Source of the DNA: Rhodosorus marinus CCMP1338
Lineage: Eukaryota > Plantae > Rhodophyta
Assembly (NCBI GenBank): GCA_029953675.1
Contig: JAMWBK010000003.1
Location: 310,001 to 374,000, forward strand
Direction of reading: 5' to 3'
Length of the DNA stretch: 64,000 nt
Shown: one piece after another, positions 23,622-37,254 of the stretch
Layout of the letters: each line of letters starts with the position of its first letter
How positions within the stretch are numbered: the first letter of the stretch is position 1
The notes under the pieces: model-generated
Told to the model about the DNA's origin: nothing
What the model saw: only the letters and a program-made list of their open reading frames with translations
The model's database searches: none
Made by a program: the position numbers and the translations under genes

Positions 23622-26600
23622 CCCCACCGTCTAGCTCTTGCCAGAGTCAAACCAATACAGACTATCGTACAACCAAGTTGCCCATCCTCGCACCTTCCCT
23701 GGCGCCCAGCCCACCTGCTTCCAAGCTTCGACATCTTCAATCGCAAACTATATCAACACGCCAGCAGAATTCCCAGCCACGCTCTGAAAGACCAAAAAAA
23801 AGGCGATGTACTCAGCTACTCGGCAGCCTCGCGGGTTTTTTTAATTTTTCTCTTGTATCCATGACGCTCTTCCCTTCAGTTGCTGCCAGTCAACAAACCA
23901 GACAACGGCTACGAAGATTTTGCCGCTGTCAGAAGAAAACTGAAATCTGGGCCTTTTTCTGATCGCCCCAAAAAAATGCTCTCGCCCAAAAAAAAAATTC
24001 AACCTTTCGATGTCCTTACAGCCTCTATCGTCCCTTTCGCTCCCCCTGAACGCTTCTACCCCCTTCCTAGAACTTACCTCCCGCTCGTACACATCTCCAC
24101 CAGTACAAAAAAACTTTCCTTCTAAAAGTGCAACCCTCCAAAGCGGATGCAGCAATCCCCTTTCTTTACCCGCCCTGCATACACACACGTACCCCCCTCC
24201 CATCGGAAGAAAATTCCCATTCCCAAATCAAATAAACAAATAAAATTTATGAGTGTTACATAGTACCGCAACTTTACCACCCCCCCTCTCCTCCCTTTCA
24301 CAACTGTTCAGTACGCTCGTGGATGGATTAATAAACGGACACATTTATTCCTATTCAATAAAATTATAAATGAAAAATATGAAAATCTTGGGCCAGAATG
24401 GGAAAATTATGGCCCGACACTAAAAATACGGGCAGAGAGCCCCCACCTGAGAAATGGGGAAAAAAAGGTTCCGTCTGTGAGGGTAAAAAAAAATGGGGGT
24501 GAGTGGGAGGGGGTAGTTACGATAGATGAGTTTTCTCCCATTTTTCTATTTTCTTGTTTTCCATGGAACGTTCCATCTAACCCCCTCCACGATTTTTTTA
24601 CTCTCCACAAAGTTAACAAAGTTATGCTAAAAATTATTATTGTAAACTAACCAATCGCTCTAACGCCCGACAATTTCTCCCCCCCCTACCGATCACGGTT
24701 TGAGTTCCATCGGGAAATCACGGCGAGACTTATCCTAGCTTTTTAGAAGCGTTTCATTTATTCCCAGAATTCATTAGTCTCACAGACACTCTTATCAATC
24801 CATATTGGTTAAATTGACTGATAAAAGTTTTTTCTTTCCATTATTAAGAAAAAACTTATTATGGTTTTTAGATGGTTTTGTGGATATTCCTCAGTTGACT
24901 TCATATGGAACGTCCCGGGAACCCGCCACTAATATTATTTTTTGAAAACCTTGGGCGATCCGTCTTAAGTGTAGTCATTTTTTGGTTAAGAAATTTTCTT
25001 GTACGTACGGCCATTTCAGTAGTTTAGTGTATTGCTTGGGACGGAATTTTTTTTTTTTTTTTGGCTCTCCACTCACACGTTTGCAAAATGCTTTGAAAAC
25101 GGTTTTTATAAGAACGGAGGTGAGTGACTTAACGAGGTGAAAAGGGGGAAGGACGGGTTGGGCGGGGCTGCTGGGCTCCATCCTCTCCCCTCCTGATCTT
25201 TTCTTTTTCGGTTCTATCAGATTGACAGTTCGTGTTTACTTTATCAACAAAAGAAGTAAAAAAAGTATACCAGCATCCTACATACTGGGATTCTTCCATA
25301 TCAATTCTCGTAGAAAACTTGATTCTCGTCAATCTCTGCAAAAGGTTGAAGCCTTCGTACGGGTTCAAAAATAGACGTGTCCAAACCGTTAAAAATTCGT
25401 CGCCCAGTTTCCATTGGAAGGAAATACTGAAGGCGAGTTCTGATTTGCCTTCCCAACCACCGCCTGGCTATTTTATTTCGTAAGCAACGGACAAAAGAAT
25501 TGAAAACAAATAAATATAGTGCGGACGGAGTCAATATAATAGATCAGACCAGAATCTACGAGAGCTTCAAGATATCGACATGTATGTCTCTAAATATTAT
25601 GATAATGAATGCAATAATGACAGATTTCGTACGTCAAAAATGGAGTTAATCGATATTCAATTTGGCTTTGGCTTATTCCATGAAGTCCCATGTCTGATTA
25701 TTTTAAATTATTGATACTTCTGTCCGTCAGTAACCTGGCAATAAGATTTCTACCTACAAAATTTTATCGAATAACACTTTACATGATAAAGACGGACAGC
25801 CGGATCGATCGCGTTATCGATTGACTGTCTGGTGATATCGAATGTGACCACCAGACGGTCTAGTAAATACTAGTTTTGAGTATATTATCCGTTCGGTAGC
25901 CACGCGGGCATTGTTTTCTAACAATGTTCGATTTTCTTGTAAATATGCGGATTTCGGAGCGGCTTCTTTGGCCAAAAAAATGCCCGCTCTGAAACAATCA
26001 AAAAATATATACATATTAAAAAACACCAAGATGGCTCTCTTTCAAAAGCTAGGACCGTACTTAGTACGCTTACACATGGTACGAAGACATCAGATCAGAT
26101 GTGGACAAAAGGAAGTCCAATACGGATTGGATAAAAGGGATTTGGAATGATGTTTATTGGACAAAATCGAACAAATAAAAACATACAAAAATAGTGTGCT
26201 CAATGATGAGTGGATAATGAGAATTTTAATCTACCAGTATCTGTAGGGATAGGCTTTCGCTTATAGTGGAGTTTCACAAATCATCGTTATTGAAGGTAAT
26301 GATATTTGATTTTTTTTTGTTGAAATATATTATGGAAGGTTATATCTAAATCAGTTGGATATCCGACGGGGTTTGGCGATGGAGAGGAAGACGACTCACG
26401 CAGTTAGAGAACTGGGGGAAGAAGTAATGGAGCTTTTGGTTTGGCCCCGTGGAGGTTGATGGTGAGGATGAGAATTTTCTATCAGGGATAAAACGTGATA
26501 AGAGATCGTGTTCTTTTTTTTTTGGATTTGTGAGCGAAAGGGGGGGGGGGGAGGAAATTTCTATCGCATCCGTTGTTTAGCCGTGGAGGAACATTGCTGA

Positions 26601-26933
26601 AATCTTTAGCGTATCGGATTCTATTTTGGGGGATGAGCTTGATTTGGGAGTTCGGGACGAGCTTCATTTGGTAATTGGGGATGAGTTTGGTTTCGAGGTC
26701 GGGGATATTCGGTAGGTGGTTCATATCAACAAAACTATTGTCAATATTCGGGGGCCATTAATTTAGTTAGCGAGATGTTTTGGTGGTAGAACGAAAGAGC
26801 TTTCGTTCAACTCTGATGTGGAGTTTCCCCGCTGGCCATAGCTCGATCGCATGAAACGAGAAAGTCAATTTGAAGTACTCATTTGTAAGATTTGTGCTAT
26901 TTCCGCTGGAAAGCCCATGCCCCAATATCCCAG

Positions 26934-27568
26934 GTCCTAATCATTGCGACTATTATCGGGTCTGGAATGAAGGTTTCAGGCACCCGCCCTGTCCCCTTCA
27001 TAAACAGCATAATTTTCCGGTTCGGCTTTCGTGGGCTTCTCGAAGCGCTCTGTGCTGTTTGTCTGCTTTTCGTTTTCCGACAACTGGAGAGACAGCTGAG
27101 CTCCAGAAAATTTGGGGCCTACATCGCCATATCGCAGGCAGCAACTGCAGCCCTTCAGTATTCTCTGGCACGCGCAACTGGCTATCGATCCCAAAGTGGT
27201 CCTTACGGGATTATATTTTCTCTCCTGGTGCTCTTCCACTTTGAGGTATTGCGTTCAGTGTGTTCAAATTCTCGGTCTCCACGAACGGGCCTTTTTGCCT
27301 GAACGCGCTCGAAATAGTTGGATATTAGTTGCTCAATGTGTTCAACGTCGAAACTCATTTTTGTTTTTCCCATCGTCAGGTTCCCGTTCTCTCCAAGTTT
27401 CCTGTTTTCGAGTATGACGTGGTGTCCGACAAATCCTTCATCTACATGGCAGCACTACAACTCTCGGTATATAGCGGCTTAAGAAGCGCTTCTGCATCAT
27501 GCATAGCCACGTTCGTCGGACTCCTCCTAACTTCTAGATCCCTAGGGGGGTTTGCGTCATCAGGTTAA
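26934..27568 (+). CDS. UBAC2/Dsc2-like rhomboid pseudoprotease (N-terminal exon unresolved)
   Basis: Exons 26934-27245 and 27380-27568: LLFVFRQLERQLSSRKFGAY, SGPYGIIFSLL, VP..KF.VF....SDKSFIYMAALQL, as in plant RBL20/UBAC2. Confidence 0.75.
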
Positions 27569-27730
27569 CTATCCCTTGTAAAAAACTCAATCATTTTTTC
27601 CGAAAAGGAAGTCGATCCTGAACCACCTCGAACCCATGGCTCCTTATATCCGATGAAGACGATATGCCGCAAATTGAATTCGTCGCCATAAATACTTTTC
27701 GAATCTTCCCGTTGCGGCGTGCGCAATATC

Positions 27731-28766
27731 CTAAGCCGCCTCTGAGAACACGAATTGGATGATCTCCTTCGCCACTTCAATATTCAAAGAGTTGCCTAGT
27801 AATCTTCTTCGTTGACCCTCCGAGGTATGTGGTGGGAACCTAAACGACTTTGGAAAGCCCATCAGGCTACAGAAGAAATGTTCCAGGTCAGAGAACGAAA
27901 ACTAGAAGCGCTGGGATGGTATGAGCTCACCTCATTATCTCCCTTGACGAGAAGAGCCGTACTGGTGAGTCCGGTCCGCATTCGTAGAATCTCAGCGGTT
28001 TTATCGAGTTGTCTGTACATAGCAGAGGACCGCCAAACGTATGATGTCCGTAGCCTTTCGTGAACGTCGAACATGAAAAGCTGGACGGTGTCACAATGTC
28101 ATGCTTGTAGCCGGGTCTCAGAAGCTGCTTTCTAGGCTTCAAGTCCGTTTGTTCATCTTCAACAAGAAACGCTTGAATCGGTTTTGGGTCATTTCTCGAC
28201 TTGCCGTGCTCGTCAAAATACTTAGAGCCCGGTATGGAGCGCAGAGGCTCGGATGTACTGCTAGAGGCGAAGGCCCGCTCTCGAGCCACAAGGTAGTACC
28301 TTTTCCTTTCGTTCGGGGTACCGAAATCGGTCGAACTTAGTTGAAATTGTACAACGTTCAGGTTGATATCCTCGAGGGCTTTGATGAGCTGCTCGCAACT
28401 TGAGGAAGTTTCAAATGGTGGTACGTTCTCAAGAATCACAAACTTCGGACGAGCTCTTGGCAAAAGGCTCACAAGGTGGGCCAGAGCATCAGATCGAGAG
28501 TCCGCAGCACCAAGCTGCTTACCCGCCGTCGTATGGGGTTGGCACGGTGGTGACAAAAACCAAACTGCATGCGATAACCGCTCCGGAGCAATCTTCTCAA
28601 GTGAGGCTGGCTCGGGCTGAAGACCAAAGTTCTCGCAATACACGGTATTCGCGATCAGGTTTGTATCAAAAGCACGCTCAATTTGCACACCCAGATCCCT
28701 CCCAAGCAAGCTTAGAGCCATGTGCCATCCTCCAATGCCGGAGAACATTTCAACTGCACTTAGCAT
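27731..28766 (-). CDS. DNMT2: DNMT2/TRDMT1 tRNA cytosine-C5 methyltransferase, 2 exons
   Basis: Exons 28766-27931 and 27866-27731. Motifs MFSGIGG (I), LSPPCQP (IV), LENV (VI), ERKRYY (VIII), TFTKGYG (DNMT2 TRD), LMGFP..F.FP and LLGNSLN (X). Confidence 0.92.
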
Positions 28767-29577
28767 GCTTCATTAAGCTCCTCGTAGTATCCTCCTTAGC
28801 GTATTTCCGTCCGGCGTAAACATAACCCAATTCGGCAAGTCAATAGTTCACCACCATACTCCAGTGGGCACTCCCACGCTTGCTGGAGCGACGAGTCGGT
28901 CACTACTAGTATGGACCGTCCCGGTCCTTATGAGGCGCTCGAGTTCACGGGCAAAATACCATTGCAGAAGTGGAGGCATGATAGTCGAGGACGGTGCCTA
29001 TGTCGAAGTGAATCAGAAAAAGGTTTCAGTCTGACTCTGTATGGTTGAATCTCAAGTGTGCTTGGGCAGAGGACTATCACGCTGGGTTCATTGATAGAAC
29101 GACGCTGGTTTGGTCCGCATCCATTTCAAGGCAATCTATTCTATTTTATTAAGTATGAATAGCGAATAACACGATGTCCACTGAAAACATTGAAGCGCTG
29201 CCTTAACAGGATGGATAGCACCACAGACGAGGAGCCATCCGTCGGGGAGTACAGACGCCTGAATATGATAACTACTGCATTTACAACCAAGACTTTAGCA
29301 CAGGATTTTTCCATTCGCGGGCCGGCACACAGCGGCTTCGAGCGAGAGCTTATATACGTGGTGACTCACTTGGAGAGCGGGATCTTCGAGCTGATCACCA
29401 GTCTGCCCTCACCAAGCATAGTAATTCTATCGTCCTTAGGCAGGATTCGTTCACCGCGGGGTACAGTGACACAAGCTTTGGCTCTTTTGTTCGCGTAGCT
29501 CCGCCGCACGCACCCTTCAAGTTCACGAGAAGGGACATTCCAGCATTGGACCGATCGTGCCGAAACAATGAGCTGAT

Positions 29578-30612
29578 TTAAATGTCGTCCACATCGTCGT
29601 AGTCGAAGACAATGTCCAGATCTCCCTGGTCCTCATTGTCTGACAAGGCCTCGTTGAGCGCTGTAGAATCGGGTATTTCGCGGTAATGCTTCAGACTGCG
29701 CGCCTCGTCAGGAGAATACTTAAGAATGATATCTGCTTTCTGGTCCTGGAAGTCTCGAAGACCAATGAGCACAATGTCACCTGTGTTCACCCAAACCTTC
29801 TTCCTCATTTTTCCGCGAATGTGGCACAGTCGTTGTCTGCCGTCGAAACACGCAGCCTCGCACCTACCATTCCCCAGCATACGCTTCACTTGAGCGTATT
29901 CTGCAAATGCCATAGACGGAACAGCAAAGCAAAAGTCAACGGTCAGCAGGCTTTCCACGAATCCAAGCCAGACAAACAATTTGAAGTAGGCCACCGATCA
30001 CAAGGGAGTGAAAGATCAGAAACGAGGAATTCACACTAATCTGTATCCTCAAAGAACTCATAAGAGCTCTAGGAATCATCAGTATTAAGTGGTAACATCA
30101 GAAAGGGCCTTAGAACTCCTTATAACTCGAACCTCAACCTTCAAAAGGTATGAGATCAACTACCAACATCAAGCGAGGCGCAAACCATTATAAGCAGCTC
30201 ATCGCGCGTACAAAAATCAAGCAAACCACAAGTCCCGGTGAAGGCGTAGTGAGCTTTTCTACTCAACGTGTAGAGCTAAAAAAGCAAGCAGGCGCAGAAC
30301 AGCGGATGATATGACAAACAAACCAAACAATCAGGGAGACACAAACTCGAGGCGGAAAACGTGCTCACAAACTTACCCTGGCCATCCTCCTTGAACACCA
30401 GCTCACGCTTCTCGTCCTCGTTGTCATTCTTTCCTCTCCTTCGATTCTTTCCTCCCTTTCCTGTTATCCACAGCAGTAAAACAAAAAATACACCACCGCT
30501 CCGTTAGAAGATCGAATCCTTGCAAACAACCTCATCAAAACGTCCTATTCCTGTCCAAAACAAACACCAAACGCTCAAAGCATCTCAAAAACTTACCCTT
30601 ATTCTTAGGCAT
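29578..30612 (-). CDS. EIF1A: Eukaryotic translation initiation factor 1A, 3 exons
   Basis: Exons 30612-30597, 30460-30377, 29900-29578: [46 protein letters not shown]...[11 protein letters not shown]..., acidic tail ending DDVDDI. Intron 2 is 476 nt. Confidence 0.98.
30012..30086 (-). ncRNA. Intronic box C/D snoRNA, predicted guide for 18S rRNA Gm1572 (yeast numbering; snR57-like)
   Basis: Minus strand: C box CTGATGA (30082-30076), D box CTGA (30019-30016). The 12 nt GAATTCCTCGTT just upstream of D are complementary to conserved 18S AACGAGGAAUUC. Lies in the 476-nt eIF1A intron. Confidence 0.8.
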
Positions 30613-32131
30613 GTTTTCTAAAACCCAGTCAATATATAGATATGTATATGTATAGATATATAGATACACAACCTTCCCCAAAAAGCCTCACATCCACCAA
30701 CTTCCCGCCCTTCACCGGCCCCAACAACTCAACTCCCAAAACCAATCTGCTTTTATACCCCCCCCGGAAAATGAGTCTCCTGTCACTCGCTTCCGACGGC
30801 ATTCGCCACAATTTTTCCCAGGCGAAATGGTCCTAAAATCATTTAGTAGAAACAAAATCCAACATATTCTGGAAAAGCCTACTATTGAAGCTGTTTCGCC
30901 CCAGTTCTCGAAACCATATTTTTCAATATAAAAATCGTTTGGTTGACCATCTCATCGATCCTAGGGGTTGTAAAATCCCCAAACTTCATCCAACAAATAC
31001 AATATCATTAGGGGGTATAGACAAAAACAATTTGCTTCACATGCAATGAATAGAAAAAACTTTAAACGCTGTAAATGAGATTCTTTGAAATATGTACCCC
31101 TTCTATTATACGGGAGAAAATTCTATTTCGAAGCGTTCTCAAGGGGTGTATCTGAATCTACTTAAGAAAACTATCAAAAAACACCGCCGCAGCACCGTCA
31201 ACGAGAAATTGATTGATACTGTAGTTTTTGATCGGAATATTATATACTTTTACTCTGCTACATTAGTCTGGTCGAACTTGTTCGAATGAAAAAAATGTAG
31301 ACTAGAATTCGGACTGGGCTGGGTTTGGAATGTGGTAGTGGACGTGCACTTTCCTCAAGGGCTACCATAGCACCGTTTGTGAGGAGCTCTGTGCCAGAAG
31401 AGCTCTATGGTATGGATCCTGACTATACCGTTTTTGAAGCACTATTTCGCGTTCATTCAACTGCTTCCCGACGCCCGATGAGACCCTTCGTCGCTGTTCT
31501 GCCTATACATTCTGCTTTTCTGCTGATTGACTAGCTCTGATGAGAGTAGAAGGCACTCGCCATCTACGCTGCATTCAAGTGGCGTATATGCAAACTACGC
31601 AGGCACCAGAGCTTGTGAGGTTTTTTCTCTCGCTGGACGCCACTCTCCCCAGTGATCAAATGGTCAAGCCCACGCGAATACGAATAACTAGATGACTACT
31701 CGACGAGCGCATGGATGGAATGCTGACACTGAACTGATTAAAACTCGCTTTTATGATTCACTCACCGAATCAGGCTTGTGACTGCACTCGTAGCCATCCC
31801 CGATCGTACAAGGCAATATGTAAAGCCAAATTCTTTTCTGCTAGTGAAAAGACAGCACGTGAGAGGAGATGTTCTGCTTGAACTCAGGTGGACTCAGGTG
31901 GACTTACTATTCTCACATTCAGCAGTCTTGCTTTTCTCAGCAATCATCTCTCGAGCCTCTCATTCCCAGCCCGAGGCTGGCTCCCTCACCGTTGACCAAG
32001 CGGTGATTTGCTGAGGATGGTGATAAGCTATCCCCAGGCAGTCGTGACTATTACCCAACCGCGAGCATTGGGAAACTTGAGAAGGAGAAACAATTTAGGA
32101 ATGTTCAGCTCTGTGAGCGATCGATTAGAGG

Positions 32132-35100
32132 ATGCTGAAATCGGCAGCGCATCTTGGCCCGATCACTGCCGTAAGATGTTACCACCAGGAGCTGTTCTTC
32201 GGTTGCGGACCTACAATCTGTAGATCGGATGGATCAACCTATCTAAGGCTGCACGGTGGAGAGACAATCCATCAAATAGACGTTTACGAGGAGCTTCTCG
32301 CAGTTTCTTCCTCGTTTTCTGTACATATTGCTAACTCTGAAGGCATCCTGAGTTCGTTCTCTGGTAGTGAGTTCGTCCTTTGCTTGAAGTGGTTGGACGA
32401 ACGATCACTGATCGTGGTAAGAAGCAGAGGCCTCGTACAACTAATTGAGAAAGACGGAGATTTGTGGCAATGCAGCCGAATCTCTCAGACAGACGAAAGA
32501 GGCGTGATCTGGAGCGCCGCTGTGCATGTTTCCGAATTTGCTACTGTGGCAATGGGGACCTCGTTTGGAGAAGTACTACTTTGCAGACCAGAGGTGCGCT
32601 GAACACGTCGTTGAAACGACCACATACAGCTGTGCAGATCTAAATTCCTGACATACACGAAGCTCGCGTAGTTTGAAATAGAGGCAGAGGCCTACGCGGT
32701 GAGGTACAGTGGTCACAGAGGACCGATCTTCGGCTTGGAATTCGCAGAGCATGGTAGACTGCTTGCATCTTGTGGAGATGATCGAACCGTAAGAGTCTGG
32801 AAACGTTCATCAAATGCGGATCTTGAAGGGTATATCTCTGTCGATCAAGCCACTCTGATGACACTATCAGCAGCTCAAAAAAGGTTTGATCCATTTCCAC
32901 GCAGGCTCGTGCAGTTGCATTCGTTCTGGGGACACTCTGCAAGAGTGTGGAACGTCGTTTTTTCGGATGTAGAAAATGATAATAATTCGAACGAGGATCA
33001 ATTTCTGATTCTCAGCTGCGCTGAAGACCGATCCTTTCACGCCTGGGATAAGGACGGCCTGATTGCTGTCAAACGAGGTCACGAAGGTTCGTCGGCTTGT
33101 TGCGAAACAAGACATTTTTGTCACTTGACCATAGGATGGCTCTGATCCAGAAGTGATTCTCAATCAATCAGGGAAGAACGTTCGGAGCATTGCCGTTCAG
33201 GGTGGTGAGGATGGGGTGAAGGTGATCACTGGTGGGGACGATGCGGCGTTGAAGAGCTGCCCGCTGCCAAACCGATCAATCGATAGGCCATTCGCTCTGC
33301 CGCTGGCGTTTCCGGCCGAGGACCGCGGCGGAGGAAATCGTGAAGGTACGTAAGCGCATAGTATACCAAGCATTACTCACTTCACGAGGCTTATTCTTAG
33401 ACTACTGGGATGGGTTTTCTTCTGACAAATCGGACCAGCCGTGCGAGGGGTTCAGCTAATTGGAGGCGAACGAGCCGTCGTGTCGACCGACTTCGGGAGA
33501 ATCTTCACGGTACTTGTTCGCCAAATCAATCTTGAGGAATCCGGCGTCATCATCATCTTCTAAGGCCACCTCTCATCCTGGTGCAGGTCTGCTTCTCGGA
33601 GCGGATTCCAAAATGGAAACTACGTCATGCGAGCAAGACGCTTCGATACTCTCCGAACTCCTTGGCGGTCTCCCGGGCGATGAACTTGATTGCCGCGGGA
33701 GCGACGTCTGGGGAAACTGCATTATTTAATTTGAACAGTGTAGAAAGCAATATGGTCGATATAGCCGACCATTTATGGGTAAGATAATACCCGCACTTCA
33801 ATAGTCACGGATGCCAGTAGACAATCCGTATCCTGACTACCGACTCACTGGATTTTACTGCAATGTCTCAGACAATAGGCCCCGCGTTTCGTGGGCTTGT
33901 CATGGGAATTTACTTCGACAACGAAAGAAACTCCGTGTACCTCGCGGACCCACACGGCAGCCTGCATCATTTTAAGCGGATCACGAGCGAGGGTAAAGAG
34001 TCACACTGGTCTCGTTGCAGAGTCTTGACGTCGAAATTCGGGGCGATAGTGACCACGGTAGTTTGTTTAGAAGACTCATTGTTCTGCGGTGACCGGAAAG
34101 GAAACGTTATGAGTTTTCGACGTGAGTTTTCAGAGAAGGAGAACGGTCAACAATCTTTGACTGAGCCAGAGCCTGAGTCAGCTCTGATCGAAGTCAAGTG
34201 CCACAAGGATAGGGCGGTGGATATAGTTTCCGCCCCTGACAACCAGACGGTCTGATCGCCCAACCAAGATCACGACGTACCGTGGTGGAGATGATCTTCT
34301 TCTCAATATGACTCTCTACCTTCGTAGATAATTACCGGCGGTGCGGACGGTAGTATTGCTGCAGTGGACGTTCGCAACGGAGATGTGCTTTGGCGCACGA
34401 AAACCCACGAGGGAGTCAATTGCCTGGACCGTCTTTTCGTGGTTAACGAGGATATCGTAGCCTCTGGATTCCGCTCGGTGAACTTCTACATCTGGAACCT
34501 TAGCGCTCGACTTGAGCTCACCTCGGTGGAATGCGGTGGTTGGAGAAGACCTCACGATTTTCTCGCTGTGAACGATGACCCAAACGAGGTATGAGGGGGA
34601 TAGCCATAACGCTTGACCCTGTCACCTTGAAGCGTATGTTGTTCCTTGAGAGCTTGTTGAGAATTTATCTCACAACTTTTTCTAATTTGCTTGGGGTACA
34701 GGGAGGCAGTTTTGTATATTGGAAAGCGGACGACCTGTTTTTGTATAGCTTTAAGTTTCAGGAGGGCGTCCCAAAGAACTTGATACCGGGTCGAGGGTTC
34801 CACGGGAACCGAGCAAACGCTTGCTGCTTTATCAGCTCCAAAAGGGCCGTGAGCTTTTCTGAGGATACGACCGGCCGGGTCTTTTCTGTTGATATTGATA
34901 AGATGACGATTTGCTCCCGGCAGACTCTCGTTTCCCATATATCCGGTGTTCACGCTGTGGCTTTTGACCAGGGTAAAAGTTTGCTGTTTAGCGGCGGTGG
35001 AAAGAATGAATTGCTGTGCTGGTCTGTTGGGACTGACGGTGTCATCAGTCTCAAAGCGACCACAAGAATCAAGTGAGGCGTCAAAAATTTTACTCCGCTT

Positions 35101-36034
35101 CGCTATTGCAATCCGGAAGCTGACTTTGCAGCCTCGCTTGGATGTCACCTCGGTCCTCAGGGGTGTAAAGTACAACACAAAGGCTGCTGCTAGGGTGACG
35201 TCGGCTATAGCCATGGATGCAGGGTTTATGGTTGTGGGGAGATCCGATAGTTCAGTGTGCACAGCAACCTTGCGAGAGTCCAGAATCGTTCAATTTGTCG
35301 CCGACGGAGGCAGACACCACGGAGCTGTGAAAGCAATCGCTACTGTTGATGGCGAATATGTCGTCACGGGCGATACCTCCGGGTGAGGACCACACTTCCC
35401 AAACTCCCAGGGCGAAGCTACCCGTGCGGCGCTAATGGAGTTTTTGTGGTACCCGTGTTAAACATTAAAATTCGCGCTTTTTTCTCGTTTCCAGTTTGGT
35501 ATGCGTTTGGCACTGTCCTGCGTTTGGCGAGCTCAATTTCTTGTACCAATTCCAGGCTCACGCACTTGGAACGAACGGTGTGGACGTCCTGACGATTGGT
35601 TCGTTTGCTGTCATTCAATTTGAACTGGTCGCATGAAGTCTCCAGTTGCCTCTGCCGCTTTGTTTTTGACTGTGCATGACTTGTTCTGTTGTTCAGGAAA
35701 AGAGTCTATCCTGGCTACCTGCGGTGATGACCAAAGCATTGCTTTCTGGAAATGGACGAAAGAAGGAATGTTCCTGCTACAACGAGTTGAAGAAGCTCAT
35801 ACCGCTGCGGTAACGGACATGAAGGCAGTCCAGGAGAGCGAATGCTTCTTATCCGTGGGCGCAGATAGGAAGCTGATCGTTTGGTCACATTCGGAAGCAG
35901 AAGAGGACCATCTGCGAACCTTTTCGGCCAAACGGACTGTACGAACATCAGTGAACGACCCGGCTTGCGTCGCAGTCCGTGGAGACGTCGTTCTTGTTGC
36001 TGGATTTGGAATTGAAGCTCTTAAGATCAGCTGA
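32132..36034 (+). CDS. WDR6: WD40-repeat protein WDR6/Trm734 (tRNA 2'-O-methyltransferase partner), multi-exon
   Basis: WD repeats YSGHRGPIFGL...SCGDDRTVRVW, WGHSARVW, TGGDDA, ATCGDDQSI; family-like motifs ECGGWRRPH, GFHGNR and FSGGGK. In-frame GT-AG introns (e.g. 32594-32671). Confidence 0.82.
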
Positions 36035-37254
36035 ATAGGAAATAAAACAGGAGATCTATGAGCCGGACTTTTCGTTGGCGGCATTGGAAATATCAAAGGA
36101 CTGCACGACATGCCTCCCATCCTAGTTTCATGCTCTCAATCGTCTTCAGAAACGACTCCTCACATACCTCAGCCGTTCAACTCGCGGCGAAGAGTGTCGT
36201 TTTAAGACACCTTCGAGCATTCAGCTTCGAAATGCACAAGCAAGGAGCCCAGCCGTCACAGCCAACCTCTCCAAGCTCGGAAGGATGCTCTCGCAGGTCT
36301 CACTGTCTCTTAGGTACGAGGAAAACGGTAAAAGCCCCTGCGCTCTCCGAAGTAGACAGTCTAAATCTTCGAGAAGCTTAATGTTTCCCAAACGCTAGCT
36401 ACGATGGACCAGAGCTGTGGGTTCTATGACTACTGTAGGCTTTCTTCTTGCGAACGACCAAGTCACCAACAACTTGGCCGCCGACCGCCTGCCGGAGGTT
36501 TGTTCGAGTTGCCGAAGAGCTCGAGCTCAACAGGAACGCAATACCGGCCAGGAGCTGCGCATCGAGGTTGGCGACTCCAGAGATTGGCCTCATGAAGGCT
36601 ACACATCGCTTCAAGCCAGGCTGAGAGGGTGAAGGCTTTTCTTGCCGCACCGCTAGCGCGTCGCGAAAGTGTATGGTGACGCACGCTCGCTGCTGCGTAG
36701 TGCTCTTCGTCCGAGAGGCACCAATCCAAACTATGCTTCCTGTGCAACCATAGATTTCATGGGTCGGACAAAGCTGAAATGTCAACTCACCCATGAGATG
36801 TTGTGCCTCTGAACTAGGATACACTTTGATTAGCCCCCTCGAGCACTGGATACCTTCACCAACCCGCAAGTCGCTAACCATAAACTACATTCATGATGCT
36901 CGACATCCACGTGCAAACCTCCGGATTCGTTTCCAATTCTTCTCAAGCTTATTTTTTTCAGTGAACCGGACAAGCCTCCAGCAAGCATTCTTGACGCCGT
37001 AGCGCCCATCGGGTACCATGTAGTAAAACACTGAAAGGTGCAGATGTCGCCCAAAAGTCGTCGCTCATAATGTTGACTTGTCCTTGTCTCGCTCTCCTCT
37101 CCTCGCGAGAATGATTGAGGTCTAGAAGCTTCTTTGACCACGCCAATCGTAAAGCGGGTGCTTTTTGGTAGATTGTGGAGGCAACAGCACTTCATCCACG
37201 GAGACTGTTCACGTTTCTGTTCGTCTTCTTCGCGGCCTTTAGGCAGCTGCTTTT

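Noticed and set aside
25301-25534. AEIDENQVF, reminiscent of an ISXO2/Merlin DDE motif, in AT-rich DNA
   Set aside because: Single short motif with no other catalytic residues or TIRs.
30095-30175. Second possible snoRNA in the eIF1A intron (TGATGT...CTGA, 9-nt match to 25S CUUAGAACU)
   Set aside because: Degenerate C box, and the match lies 7 nt from the D box, so the D+5 position is unpaired. Worth rechecking with snoscan.
34552-35262. 236-aa minus-strand ORF
   Set aside because: Antisense to WDR6 coding exons and introns; no recognisable family.
36399-36881. Minus ORF with weak PSMG4-like words (TFQL...VWIGA)
   Set aside because: Motifs are split across frames and no consistent gene model could be built.
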